DNA from: an uncultured Candidatus Saccharibacteria bacterium
Lineage (GTDB): Bacteria > Patescibacteriota > Minisyncoccia > Portnoybacterales > UBA2143
Direction: 5' to 3'
DNA length: 64,000 bases
Assembly: GCA_964472495.1 (NCBI GenBank)
Contig: CAYYLD010000001.1
Span: 21,294 to 85,293, forward strand
A program made the translations under genes and the position numbers. Positions 56,313 to 64,000 of this stretch are shown one piece after another (position 1 is the stretch's first letter; each line of letters begins with the position of its first letter). Below the pieces are notes generated by a model, which saw only the letters and a program-made list of their open reading frames with translations, was not told the origin of the DNA and did no database searches.

Positions 56313-58390
56313 ATTTGATTATCGTTGAATCACCAACCAAGGAGAAAACTATCGCCAAATTTTTAGGTGGCGAATATTCGGTTAAATCATCTTATGGTCA
56401 CATTCGCGATTTGCCCAAAGGAGAATTGGGCGTTGACTTGGAACACAATTTCAAACCGAAATATGTTGTTCCGGTCAAAGCGCGAACGGTGGTCAAAAAA
56501 TTGAAAGAAGCGGCCCAAAAAGCCGAACGAATTATTTTAGCTACTGACGAAGACCGTGAAGGCGAAGCCATCGCCTGGCATATTCTCCAAATTTTAGATT
56601 CAGGTAAAATTAAAAATTACCAGCGAATTGTTTTCCACGAAATCACCAAAAAAGCGATAATTCAGGCCTTAAAAAAGCCAGGGCAAATTGATATTAACTT
56701 AGTCAATGCCCAACAGGCCCGACGTATTTTGGACAGATTGGTTGGCTATAAGTTATCGCCTTTCCTTTGGAAAAAAGTGGCTAAGGGGTTATCAGCTGGC
56801 CGGGTTCAGTCAGTGACTGTCCGCCTAATTGTTGACCGAGAAAGAGAAATAGAAAAATTCAAGCCGGAAGAATATTGGACCATTGAAGCAAAACTCAAAA
56901 AACAAGACCAGCCTGATGAACTTATCGCCCGTCTAATCAAAAAAGACAATCAGAATATTCTTAAATTAGGCATAAAAAACAACGGCCAGGCAGATAAAAT
57001 ATTAAAAGATTTAAAAGGAGCTGTTTATCAAATAGTTGGTCTAGAAAGCAAAGAATTAAATCGATATCCGGCGCCGCCTTTTACAACCAGCACTCTTCAA
57101 CAGGAAGCGGCCAAGAAATTGGGCTTCTCAGCCAAACAGACCATGCGCTTAGCCCAGCAGCTTTATGAAGGAGTAACCTTGGGCAAAAAGGGTTCGGTTG
57201 GTCTAATTACTTATCACCGCACCGACTCCCTCAATCTTTCCACGGAATCCTTAAAGGCGGCTCAAGAACTGATTAGAAATGATTTTGGTCAAAGATATGC
57301 TTTGGCCAGTCCTAAAATCTATAAAACCAAAAGCAAGGGAGCCCAAGAAGCCCATGAAGCTGTTCGGCCGACCAAAGCTGACCGTCGCCCAGACAAAATT
57401 AAACCATATTTGGATAAAAGACAATATAAGCTCTATGATTTAATCTGGCGGAGATTTATTGCCTGCCAAATGAAGCCGGCTCTTTTGGAAGCGACGAAAG
57501 CTGATATTCAAGCCGATGGCTTAACGGGCTCGCCATATATCTTCCGAGCTACTGGTTCGGTAATTAAATTTGACGGCTTTCTTAAAATTTATCCCCTGAA
57601 ACAAAAAGAATTGATGCTGCCTCCTTTAATTAAAAAAGAAATATTGCAATTAATTAAACTCTTTTCGGAACAGCATTTTACCCAGCCGCCGGCCCGTTAT
57701 AGCGAGGCCTCCTTGGTTAAAACTCTTGAAGAGTACGGTATCGGCCGACCTTCAACTTATGCACCAATTATCAGCACGATTCAGGAACGAAATTACGTTC
57801 AGAAAAATGAGCAAAAGAGATTCGCCCCCACCGAAATCGGTTTTTTGGTCAATGACCTTCTGGTTGAACACTTTTCCAGAATTGTTGATTTTAAATTCAC
57901 TGCCCGGATGGAAAACGATTTAGATAAGATTGCTGCCGGCCAAGCCGAATGGACAACCAAGATTAATGATTTTTACCGGCCCTTCCGGGATAATTTAGCT
58001 AAAAAATACGAAGAGGTAGCCAAGAAAAAAATTGAAGAGCCAACTGATAAAAAATGTCCCCAGTGCGGTCGTCAACTAGTGATTAAATTAGGCCGCTTCG
58101 GTAAATTTTACGCTTGCCCCGGCTTTCCCGAATGCAAATATACCGAACCGATAGTTAATTCCACCGGAGTCAAATGTCCCAAGTGCGGTCAAGGAGAAAT
58201 CGTCGAAAGAAAAACCAAAAAGGGCAAAACCTTTTATTCTTGTTCTCGCTATCCTCAATGCGATTTTGCCTTATGGGACAAACCAACCGGGGAGAAATGC
58301 CCCAAATGCGACTCCCTATTAGTGGAGACAAAAAGCCAGCAGATTAAGTGCAGTAATAAAGAGTGCGATTATAAAAAAAATAGGCCCTGA
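56309..58390 (+). CDS. topA: DNA topoisomerase I with three C-terminal zinc ribbons
   Basis: TOPRIM (LIIVESPTKEKTI, ATDEDREGEAIAW), active-site Tyr region, and three CPxCG zinc-ribbon motifs. 693 aa. Confidence 0.9.
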   Translation: MNLIIVESPTKEKTIAKFLGGEYSVKSSYGHIRDLPKGELGVDLEHNFKPKYVVPVKARTVVKKLKEAAQKAERIILATDEDREGEAIAWHILQILDSGKIKNYQRIVFHEITKKAIIQALKKPGQIDINLVNAQQARRILDRLVGYKLSPFLWKKVAKGLSAGRVQSVTVRLIVDREREIEKFKPEEYWTIEAKLKKQDQPDELIARLIKKDNQNILKLGIKNNGQADKILKDLKGAVYQIVGLESKELNRYPAPPFTTSTLQQEAAKKLGFSAKQTMRLAQQLYEGVTLGKKGSVGLITYHRTDSLNLSTESLKAAQELIRNDFGQRYALASPKIYKTKSKGAQEAHEAVRPTKADRRPDKIKPYLDKRQYKLYDLIWRRFIACQMKPALLEATKADIQADGLTGSPYIFRATGSVIKFDGFLKIYPLKQKELMLPPLIKKEILQLIKLFSEQHFTQPPARYSEASLVKTLEEYGIGRPSTYAPIISTIQERNYVQKNEQKRFAPTEIGFLVNDLLVEHFSRIVDFKFTARMENDLDKIAAGQAEWTTKINDFYRPFRDNLAKKYEEVAKKKIEEPTDKKCPQCGRQLVIKLGRFGKFYACPGFPECKYTEPIVNSTGVKCPKCGQGEIVERKTKKGKTFYSCSRYPQCDFALWDKPTGEKCPKCDSLLVETKSQQIKCSNKECDYKKNRP

Positions 58391-58416
58391 TTTCTGCTTC
58401 TACGCAAATCAGGGCC
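58383..58416. terminator. perfect 11-bp stem hairpin between convergent topA and NUDIX genes
   Basis: GGCCCTGATTT-ctgcttctacgc-AAATCAGGGCC overlapping the topA stop. No U-run on either strand. Confidence 0.45.
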
Positions 58417-58452
58417 GGTGTGGCTAAGAGATAAACCCCTTTCTGTCGATGG

Positions 58453-58974
58453 TTAACAAATTGATACTTGTTCCTTTGAACAGTCCTTGGCATTCTTACT
58501 AAACTCTCCTTCGAGACTTCGTCTCCCATCGTCTAACCCTCCTTTTTTTTGGTCAGGCTCCGGACGTCTCCCGAGGTCATCTTTTATTGCTTGGGAAGCT
58601 AACTCATCTAAATTAGGTAATTCCAAAGCCTGTGATCTTCTTATCCAAAACACTGTCTCGCCTTCGTTGTAGATTGTAATCTCGCCTTTCCGAAGAAGGC
58701 AAGAAAAAACCCAGATGAATTTAGCCTTTTTCCCTGGACTGCTTTTGTTCCTGACAAAAGAATCCAAAACATCAACAATCTTTAAAATTTTTATTCCGGG
58801 CAACTCCTCTTTTGTTTCTCTACGGAGGGTCTTCCTGGGATCGAAATTATCTCTTCCTTTCATATTGCCAGTTGGAATAGTCAATTCATCTCCACGGTCT
58901 ACTATCAAAACCTCGTTCCTGCTGTTCATTATTAAAGCAGCTATTGCCGTTTTTCCTTTCTTTTCGTCTCTCAT
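58453..58974 (-). CDS. NUDIX hydrolase
   Basis: A Nudix-box-like segment GNMKGRDNFDPRKTLRRETKEELPGI (Gx5Ex7REUxEExGU pattern). 173 aa. Confidence 0.6.
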   Translation of the reverse strand: MRDEKKGKTAIAALIMNSRNEVLIVDRGDELTIPTGNMKGRDNFDPRKTLRRETKEELPGIKILKIVDVLDSFVRNKSSPGKKAKFIWVFSCLLRKGEITIYNEGETVFWIRRSQALELPNLDELASQAIKDDLGRRPEPDQKKGGLDDGRRSLEGEFSKNAKDCSKEQVSIC

Positions 58975-59091
58975 AATAAAACAACCTCCTTTCCGAAAAA
59001 AGAAGACTTATCTCTTTTGCCTAATTTTAAAGAACTTCTATTCAAATAGTAATCTTTACAGCCATTCTGTCAAGGTATTAAAATTAAAGCT

Positions 59092-60561
59092 ATGGAAATA
59101 GAGCAATTCCTAGAAGAATTAAAGAAAACCAATCCAAATTTAAACTTTGATTTAATTAGCAAAGCCTGTTTTTTCGCTCAAGAAAGATATCAGGGTTTGG
59201 TCCGTCATTCCGGCCAAACCTATTTTAACCATTGTTTAGAAATTGCCTTGGACTTGGCTAAGATGAAATTAGATTCGGCCAGTGTGACTACGGCTATTCT
59301 TCACGAAACGTTAGAAAGAGCCAAAGTGTCTAAAGAAGAACTCAAAAAAGAATTCGGTCCGGAAATCACCTTTTTGGTCGAAGGAGTAACTAATATTGGC
59401 AAAATAGAACATCAAAAAGCCGTCCGGAGCATAGAAAACCTGCGCAAACTATTCCTGGTCATGGCCAAAGATATCCGGGTAGTCGTAATCAAATTAGTCA
59501 ACCGCCTCCATGGCCTAAAAACGCTTTCAGTTTTTCCTCCAGAGAAACAAAAAAGATTGGCCCTGGAAACTTTAGAAATTTATGCTCCTTTGGCTTACCG
59601 TTTAGGCATCGGCGAATTGAAAGGGCAGTTAGAGGATGCGGCCTTCCCCTATGCTTACCCCCAAGAATATCAAAAACTAATTAGCCAAGTTAAAGACAAA
59701 TACAGTCAAGGCGAGAAATATCTTACAAAAGTTATCCCCCTAGTCAAAAAGATTCTGATTAGGCACGGCATCAGAGTGGTCGAAATCCATGCTCGGTCTA
59801 AGCATTATTACAGTTTATACAAAAAACTGCAACGCCATGATATGGACTGGCATAGAATCTATGATTTAGTTGCCATCCGGGTTATTGTCCCGGATGTAGA
59901 AAGCTGCTATGCCGCCTTGGGAATTATCCATAAAAAATGGAAACCGCTGATTGGTCGAATCAAAGATTATATTGCTCTGCCTAAGCCTAACGGTTATCAA
60001 TCTCTTCATACGACCGTCTTTTACCAAGGCGGCAAGATTACTGAATTCCAAATTCGTACTCCGGAAATGCATCGGGAAGCCGAATACGGTATCGCCGCCC
60101 ATTGGTCTTACAGCGAAAAGAAGGGACTAGCTGGTTACATTAAAGAAAAATTCTCAAAGCAGAAACCAACCAGAGAATTGAAAAAAGAATTTATCTGGGT
60201 TAAACAACTCCAGGAATGGCAAAAAGAAAAATTTGATTCAACTAAAGAGTTTATTGATTCCTTAAAAATCGATTTTTTAAAGGACCGCATCTTTATCTTC
60301 ACACCTAAAGGAGATATCATTGATTTGCCCGAAGGAGCTACCCCGGTTGACTTCGCTTATCAAGTCCATACTGATATCGGCCACCAATGCACTGGTGCTA
60401 AAATAGATGGCAAGCTTAGTTCGCTTTCCCAGCCGTTACAAAATGGCCAAGTGGTTGAAATTATCATTCAGAAAAATAAAAAGCCGAAGCAAGCTTGGCT
60501 CAATTCCGTAAAAACCAATTTAGCTAAAAATAGGATTAAAGCGGCTTTAAGAAAAGATTAA
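59092..60561 (+). CDS. RelA/SpoT-family (p)ppGpp synthetase/hydrolase, short form ending in a TGS domain
   Basis: HD domain (HSGQTYFNHCLE...HETLE), then the synthetase region (YDLVAIRVIV..., GYQSLHTTV), then a TGS-like FIFTPKGDIIDLPEGATPVDFAYQVH. 489 aa with no ACT domain. Confidence 0.8.
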   Translation: MEIEQFLEELKKTNPNLNFDLISKACFFAQERYQGLVRHSGQTYFNHCLEIALDLAKMKLDSASVTTAILHETLERAKVSKEELKKEFGPEITFLVEGVTNIGKIEHQKAVRSIENLRKLFLVMAKDIRVVVIKLVNRLHGLKTLSVFPPEKQKRLALETLEIYAPLAYRLGIGELKGQLEDAAFPYAYPQEYQKLISQVKDKYSQGEKYLTKVIPLVKKILIRHGIRVVEIHARSKHYYSLYKKLQRHDMDWHRIYDLVAIRVIVPDVESCYAALGIIHKKWKPLIGRIKDYIALPKPNGYQSLHTTVFYQGGKITEFQIRTPEMHREAEYGIAAHWSYSEKKGLAGYIKEKFSKQKPTRELKKEFIWVKQLQEWQKEKFDSTKEFIDSLKIDFLKDRIFIFTPKGDIIDLPEGATPVDFAYQVHTDIGHQCTGAKIDGKLSSLSQPLQNGQVVEIIIQKNKKPKQAWLNSVKTNLAKNRIKAALRKD

Positions 60562-60567
60562 CCGATT

Positions 60568-61473
60568 TTAAAACTTCAATAAATAATTGACTAATTTATC
60601 TAATTCTTTTTGGTCGGCGAACTCAATACGCAAATAACCTCTGCCTTTCCTTTGAGTGATGCTGACCCGTCGGCCCAAGGTCTCGGTCAGGCCTTTTTCT
60701 TTTTCCTTGAAAATAAGATTTTTCGGCCCACTAGCATGGGGCTTAGGTATAGCTACTTGTCTGGCCCTTTCTTCAGCCCGTCGCACATCTAAATTTCCTC
60801 TAATAATCGCCTGATAAAGAGATAAGCGAGCGGTCGGGTTAGCCATCAAGATAGCCCGACCATGGCCCTCACTAATCCGGCCACTGGCCAGCGCTTTCTG
60901 AACTTGCGGCGGTAAATTTAACAATCTTAAGGCATTAGTCACTGTTACCCGACTCTTGCCTATTTTTTGGGCAATCTGGCTGTGCTTTAATTTAAAATTT
61001 TGATGAAGCTGCTTGAAGGCCCGGGCCGCTTCAATAGGATTAAGATTTTCCCGTTGGAGATTTTCAACTAAAGCCAGTTCCAATTTTTCATAAGCCGAAC
61101 TATCTCGAATGATTACCGGCACATGAGGCAGACCGGCCATTTTTGCCGCTCTTAATCTTCGCTCACCGGCTACCAATTCATACTCTACCTGGTGTCCCCG
61201 TTCAGTCGGTCTCTCAACTTTGGTGACAATTAACGGCTGGAGAATGCCATGTTCCCGAATTGAATCAGCCATCTCTTTTAAGCTTTCTTCGGATATCTCT
61301 TTGCGCGGCTGATGAGGATTGGGTCTAATCTTGTCAATCTCTATATTGAAAACACTCTCTTTTTTCGGCTCCAACCAACTTTCTCTTCGACTTTCATTTT
61401 TAATCAGTTGAGCTATTTTGGGTTGTTTTTTAGGAATAAGGGATTGCAGTCCCTTGCCTAATCCTTGTTTCAT
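60568..61473 (-). CDS. parB: ParB/Spo0J chromosome partitioning protein
   Basis: The ParB box LVAGERRLRAAKMAGL and an HTH region. 301 aa. Confidence 0.85.
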   Translation of the reverse strand: MKQGLGKGLQSLIPKKQPKIAQLIKNESRRESWLEPKKESVFNIEIDKIRPNPHQPRKEISEESLKEMADSIREHGILQPLIVTKVERPTERGHQVEYELVAGERRLRAAKMAGLPHVPVIIRDSSAYEKLELALVENLQRENLNPIEAARAFKQLHQNFKLKHSQIAQKIGKSRVTVTNALRLLNLPPQVQKALASGRISEGHGRAILMANPTARLSLYQAIIRGNLDVRRAEERARQVAIPKPHASGPKNLIFKEKEKGLTETLGRRVSITQRKGRGYLRIEFADQKELDKLVNYLLKF

Positions 61474-61523
61474 AGAATTTAACCCGGCCAGCCAAAATCT
61501 CGCTATCAGTTGACCGGTGAAGA

Positions 61524-62288
61524 TTACTCCCCCAGTTTAATCAATTCTTGAGCTAATTGTCGATAAGCCCGCGCTCCCTTAGAATGAGGATCGTATTGAA
61601 GAATTGATTGGCCAAAACTAGGCGCTTCGGCTAATTTAACACAGCGCGGGATAATTGCTTCAAAAACGTAACTATTGAAATTTCTTTCCATTTCCTTGCG
61701 AACCTGACGGGAAAGCTTGTTGCGACGGTCGTACATAGTCAACAAAGCGCCTTTAATTTCGGTCGGACTATTTAAATTTTCCTGAACTAGTTCAATAGTT
61801 CTCAAAAGCTGACCTAATCCTTCTAAAGCATAGTATTCGCATTGAACCGGAATAATCACTTCGTCAGCCGCCACCAAGCCGTTTATAGTCAAAAGACCCA
61901 AACTGGGCGGGCAATCAACTAAAATATAGTCGTAGTCGGTTCTAATCCGGCGGAGTAATTCATAAAGTTTAAACTCCCGATTATTTTGAGAGACCAATTC
62001 CACGGTCGCTCCGGCCAAATCGGGCGCGGCCGGCATTATGTCACAGCCAAAGAGAGCCGTTCGTCGGATAATCTCTTCAGGGAGCAGACCGCCGATTAGA
62101 GAATGGTACAAATTTAAAGGAATATTTTGGGGATCGAGGCCGATGCCGGAAGTAGCGTTGGCCTGGGGGTCAATATCAACCAAAAGAACATACTTACCCA
62201 GAGCGGCTAAGTAACTTGATAAATTTATAGCCGTGGTACTCTTGCCAACGCCGCCCTTTTGGTTGACTAAACTAATTATCTGAGCCAT
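61524..62288 (-). CDS. parA: ParA/Soj partitioning ATPase
   Basis: Deviant Walker A NQKGGVGKSTTAINL. 254 aa. Immediately upstream of parB. Confidence 0.85.
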   Translation of the reverse strand: MAQIISLVNQKGGVGKSTTAINLSSYLAALGKYVLLVDIDPQANATSGIGLDPQNIPLNLYHSLIGGLLPEEIIRRTALFGCDIMPAAPDLAGATVELVSQNNREFKLYELLRRIRTDYDYILVDCPPSLGLLTINGLVAADEVIIPVQCEYYALEGLGQLLRTIELVQENLNSPTEIKGALLTMYDRRNKLSRQVRKEMERNFNSYVFEAIIPRCVKLAEAPSFGQSILQYDPHSKGARAYRQLAQELIKLGE

Positions 62289-62356
62289 GTTTTATATATT
62301 ATACTCTAATTTTTTCTGATTGACAACAAGGAGATTTTAAGAGAGAATATGATTAA

Positions 62357-62443
62357 GCCGAAGTGGTGAAATTGGAAAACACGCAGCACTCAAAATGCTG
62401 TGGGCGTAAGCCCTTGAGGGTTCGAGTCCCTCCTTCGGCACCA
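62357..62443 (+). tRNA. tRNA-Leu (anticodon CAA)
   Basis: Acceptor GCCGAAG/CTTCGGC, anticodon stem CAGCA/TGCTG, loop CTCAAAA, long variable arm, T-loop TTCGAGT, encoded CCA. Confidence 0.75.
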
Positions 62444-62950
62444 GAAATAAATCAACCAGCCAAAAAACAAGCCGATTAGCCCGCCGGCTAAAATATCGGC
62501 AGGATAATGGAGCCCAACGAAAACTCGGCTTAAACTGATTAAAAAACTGGCCAAGAAAAAGAAAAGGCCGGTTTTTTTGTAGTAAAGAAAAATAACCGCG
62601 CTTAAAGCAAAGAAAAAAGCAGCATGGCCAGAAGGGAAAGAGCCGCTGGCCGAGTGTTCTAATAATTGGTGGACTTGATGGGCAACGAATGGACGCGGTC
62701 GATAGTAGAGCCAATGGATTATTTCAACAATAATAAAACGACTAAAAAGAGCGGCTCCCAAAGATAAACCAATTATTTTAATCGTTCTCGGCCACTTCTC
62801 TTTCCTGAATAAAAAGTCCCAGGCCAACCAAGCTAGTAAAATAAAAATTAAAAAATAACCCAAATATTTAGCTAAAAAAATAGCTAAAGCATCTAAACAA
62901 ATCCATTGGCCAGCCCATTGATTAAAAAAATGGAAAAGATATTTATCCAC
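62390..62950 (-). CDS. PAP2-family membrane phosphatase (undecaprenyl-diphosphatase/PgpB-like)
   Basis: PAP2 motifs YRPRP (KxxxxxxRP), PSGH and SRVFVGLHYPADIL (SRx5Hx3D). The last about 17 codons overlap tRNA-Leu(CAA) in antisense. Confidence 0.7.
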   Translation of the reverse strand: MDKYLFHFFNQWAGQWICLDALAIFLAKYLGYFLIFILLAWLAWDFLFRKEKWPRTIKIIGLSLGAALFSRFIIVEIIHWLYYRPRPFVAHQVHQLLEHSASGSFPSGHAAFFFALSAVIFLYYKKTGLFFFLASFLISLSRVFVGLHYPADILAGGLIGLFFGWLIYFWCRRRDSNPQGLTPTAF

Positions 62951-63594
62951 TAAGTTTTAAGAAGTTTTAATAAGTCCTTTTTATTGGTCGGACCGACCCG
63001 TAAAACTTTCGGTTGAGAACTGGTTAAATCTAAAAGAGTTGCCGGCGAACGAGCTGGTAATTGCCCGGCGTCCAAAATCAAATCTGGTCGGGGATAGGCC
63101 TTGTCAAAAATTTTAACAACTTCAGCGGCCGAACTTAAAGGGGGCTGGCCGGAAAAATTAGCCGAAGTAGCCGTAATCGGCTCTTCTAGATTAGCCATTA
63201 AAGTTCGGGTTAAACGGCAATCAGCGATGCGCAAACCGATTGTTTTTTTGCCAGCCGTCAAAAAATCGGGCACGATATCCCGTTTTTCTAAAATAACCGT
63301 CACCGGGCCCGGCCAAACAGCCGCCAAAACCTTCTCTATTTTCCTGTCAACAAAAGCTAATTCCTTAGCCATGGCTATATCACGAACCATGACCGGGACC
63401 GGCTTGGTTTCCGGTCTTTGCTTGAGCTTAAAAAGCCGCTCTAGACAATGAACCCGTAAAGCGTTTACTCCCAAGCCGTAAACTGTGTCGGTCGGGTAAA
63501 CCACTGAACCATTTCTTTGAATAACTGTTATTACTTTACTAATAATCTTTGGATTCCGCCAATCGGCCGATAAATTAATTTTAATAATTTCCAT
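62950..63594 (-). CDS. tsaC: threonylcarbamoyl-AMP synthase (YrdC/TsaC family)
   Basis: VVYPTDTVYGLGVNA and the KxR...PVPVMV motifs of YrdC-like proteins. 214 aa. Confidence 0.75.
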   Translation of the reverse strand: MEIIKINLSADWRNPKIISKVITVIQRNGSVVYPTDTVYGLGVNALRVHCLERLFKLKQRPETKPVPVMVRDIAMAKELAFVDRKIEKVLAAVWPGPVTVILEKRDIVPDFLTAGKKTIGLRIADCRLTRTLMANLEEPITATSANFSGQPPLSSAAEVVKIFDKAYPRPDLILDAGQLPARSPATLLDLTSSQPKVLRVGPTNKKDLLKLLKT

Positions 63595-63600
63595 TGTTTC

Positions 63601-63763
63601 TTAAGGCCTCTTACATAATAACCTTTCTACTGCAATTTTCAGATTTTGGCTACGGCTTTGCAAAATTTTTTCAACATATATTAGCATATATGCCTCAAAA
63701 TTTTTGCTTCGCCTCGCTCAAAATCTGAAAATTTCGTTACGAAAATTATTATGTAAGAGGCCT
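63601..63763. repeat. about 160-bp imperfect palindrome with perfect 17-bp outer arms
   Basis: Outer arms GGCCTCTTACATAATAA (63604-63620) and TTATTATGTAAGAGGCC (63744-63760). Inner arms ATTTTCAGATTTTG / CAAAATCTGAAAAT. Central palindrome CATATATtagcATATATG. Confidence 0.7.
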
Positions 63764-64000
63764 TTAAACAACTACTAAATTAATCAAGCGATTAGGAATA
63801 TAAATAACCTTCTTTGGCTCTTTATCGGCCAGCCATTTTTTAATCTTTTCTTGAGATAAAGCTAATTCTTTAACCTCTTTCTCAGAAATACATTTTTTAA
63901 CTTCTATCTTGTCTCTGACTTTTCCATTAATTTGGATAATCAATTGGAAAGTTTCTTCTTCAATCAATTTTTTGTCGTATTGAGGCCATTTTTCCAAGAA
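63764..64000 (-). CDS. leuS: leucine--tRNA ligase, C-terminal end (gene continues beyond the window)
   Basis: QLIIQINGKVRDKIEV...KKVIYIPNRLINLVV matches the conserved LeuRS C-terminus. The ORF is open at the window edge. Confidence 0.6.
   Translation of the reverse strand, partial: FLEKWPQYDKKLIEEETFQLIIQINGKVRDKIEVKKCISEKEVKELALSQEKIKKWLADKEPKKVIYIPNRLINLVVV

Overview
This 64-kb window is an AT-rich, tightly packed bacterial chromosome segment. Its content looks like a reduced-genome Patescibacteria/CPR-type organism, though that placement is inference from gene content and not a database result. The clues are a short IF-2, a short S1, an apparently split ComEC, RtcB plus archease, anaerobic NrdDG, DUF4446 and cohesin/dockerin proteins. 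I call about 70 coding regions; most are housekeeping (gyrA, ftsH, infB, rbfA, rplS, rpmB, rpsU, ftsZ/ftsA, ybeY, hisS, lepB, pth, dprA, topA, parAB, tsaC, leuS C-terminus). I also call 15 tRNAs by hand-folding, several consensus promoters and Rho-independent terminators. The most unusual structure is a pair of perfect 127-bp inverted repeats (25162-25288 and 30675-30801). The left arm begins at the last base of tRNA-Pro. The repeats enclose a 5.6-kb cassette encoding a PAS histidine kinase, an orphan receiver, a dockerin-bearing secreted protein and a cohesin-bearing membrane protein. Just outside the right arm is a converging cluster of three paralogous CxxC...CxxC zinc-ribbon miniproteins and an unknown 117-aa protein, all with strong RBSs. 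Other accessory-looking loci are: a GC-richer two-gene module beside tRNA-Leu with a perfect sigma-70 promoter and a bidirectional terminator; three tandem T4SS-pilin-like paralogs co-directional with an orphan solute-binding lipoprotein; a membrane-anchored serpin directly after a tRNA pair; an elongated adenylate-kinase homologue; a duplicated 28-bp palindromic element; and a ~160-bp imperfect palindrome before the leuS 3' end. No CRISPR array, rRNA or recognisable transposase/integrase was seen.
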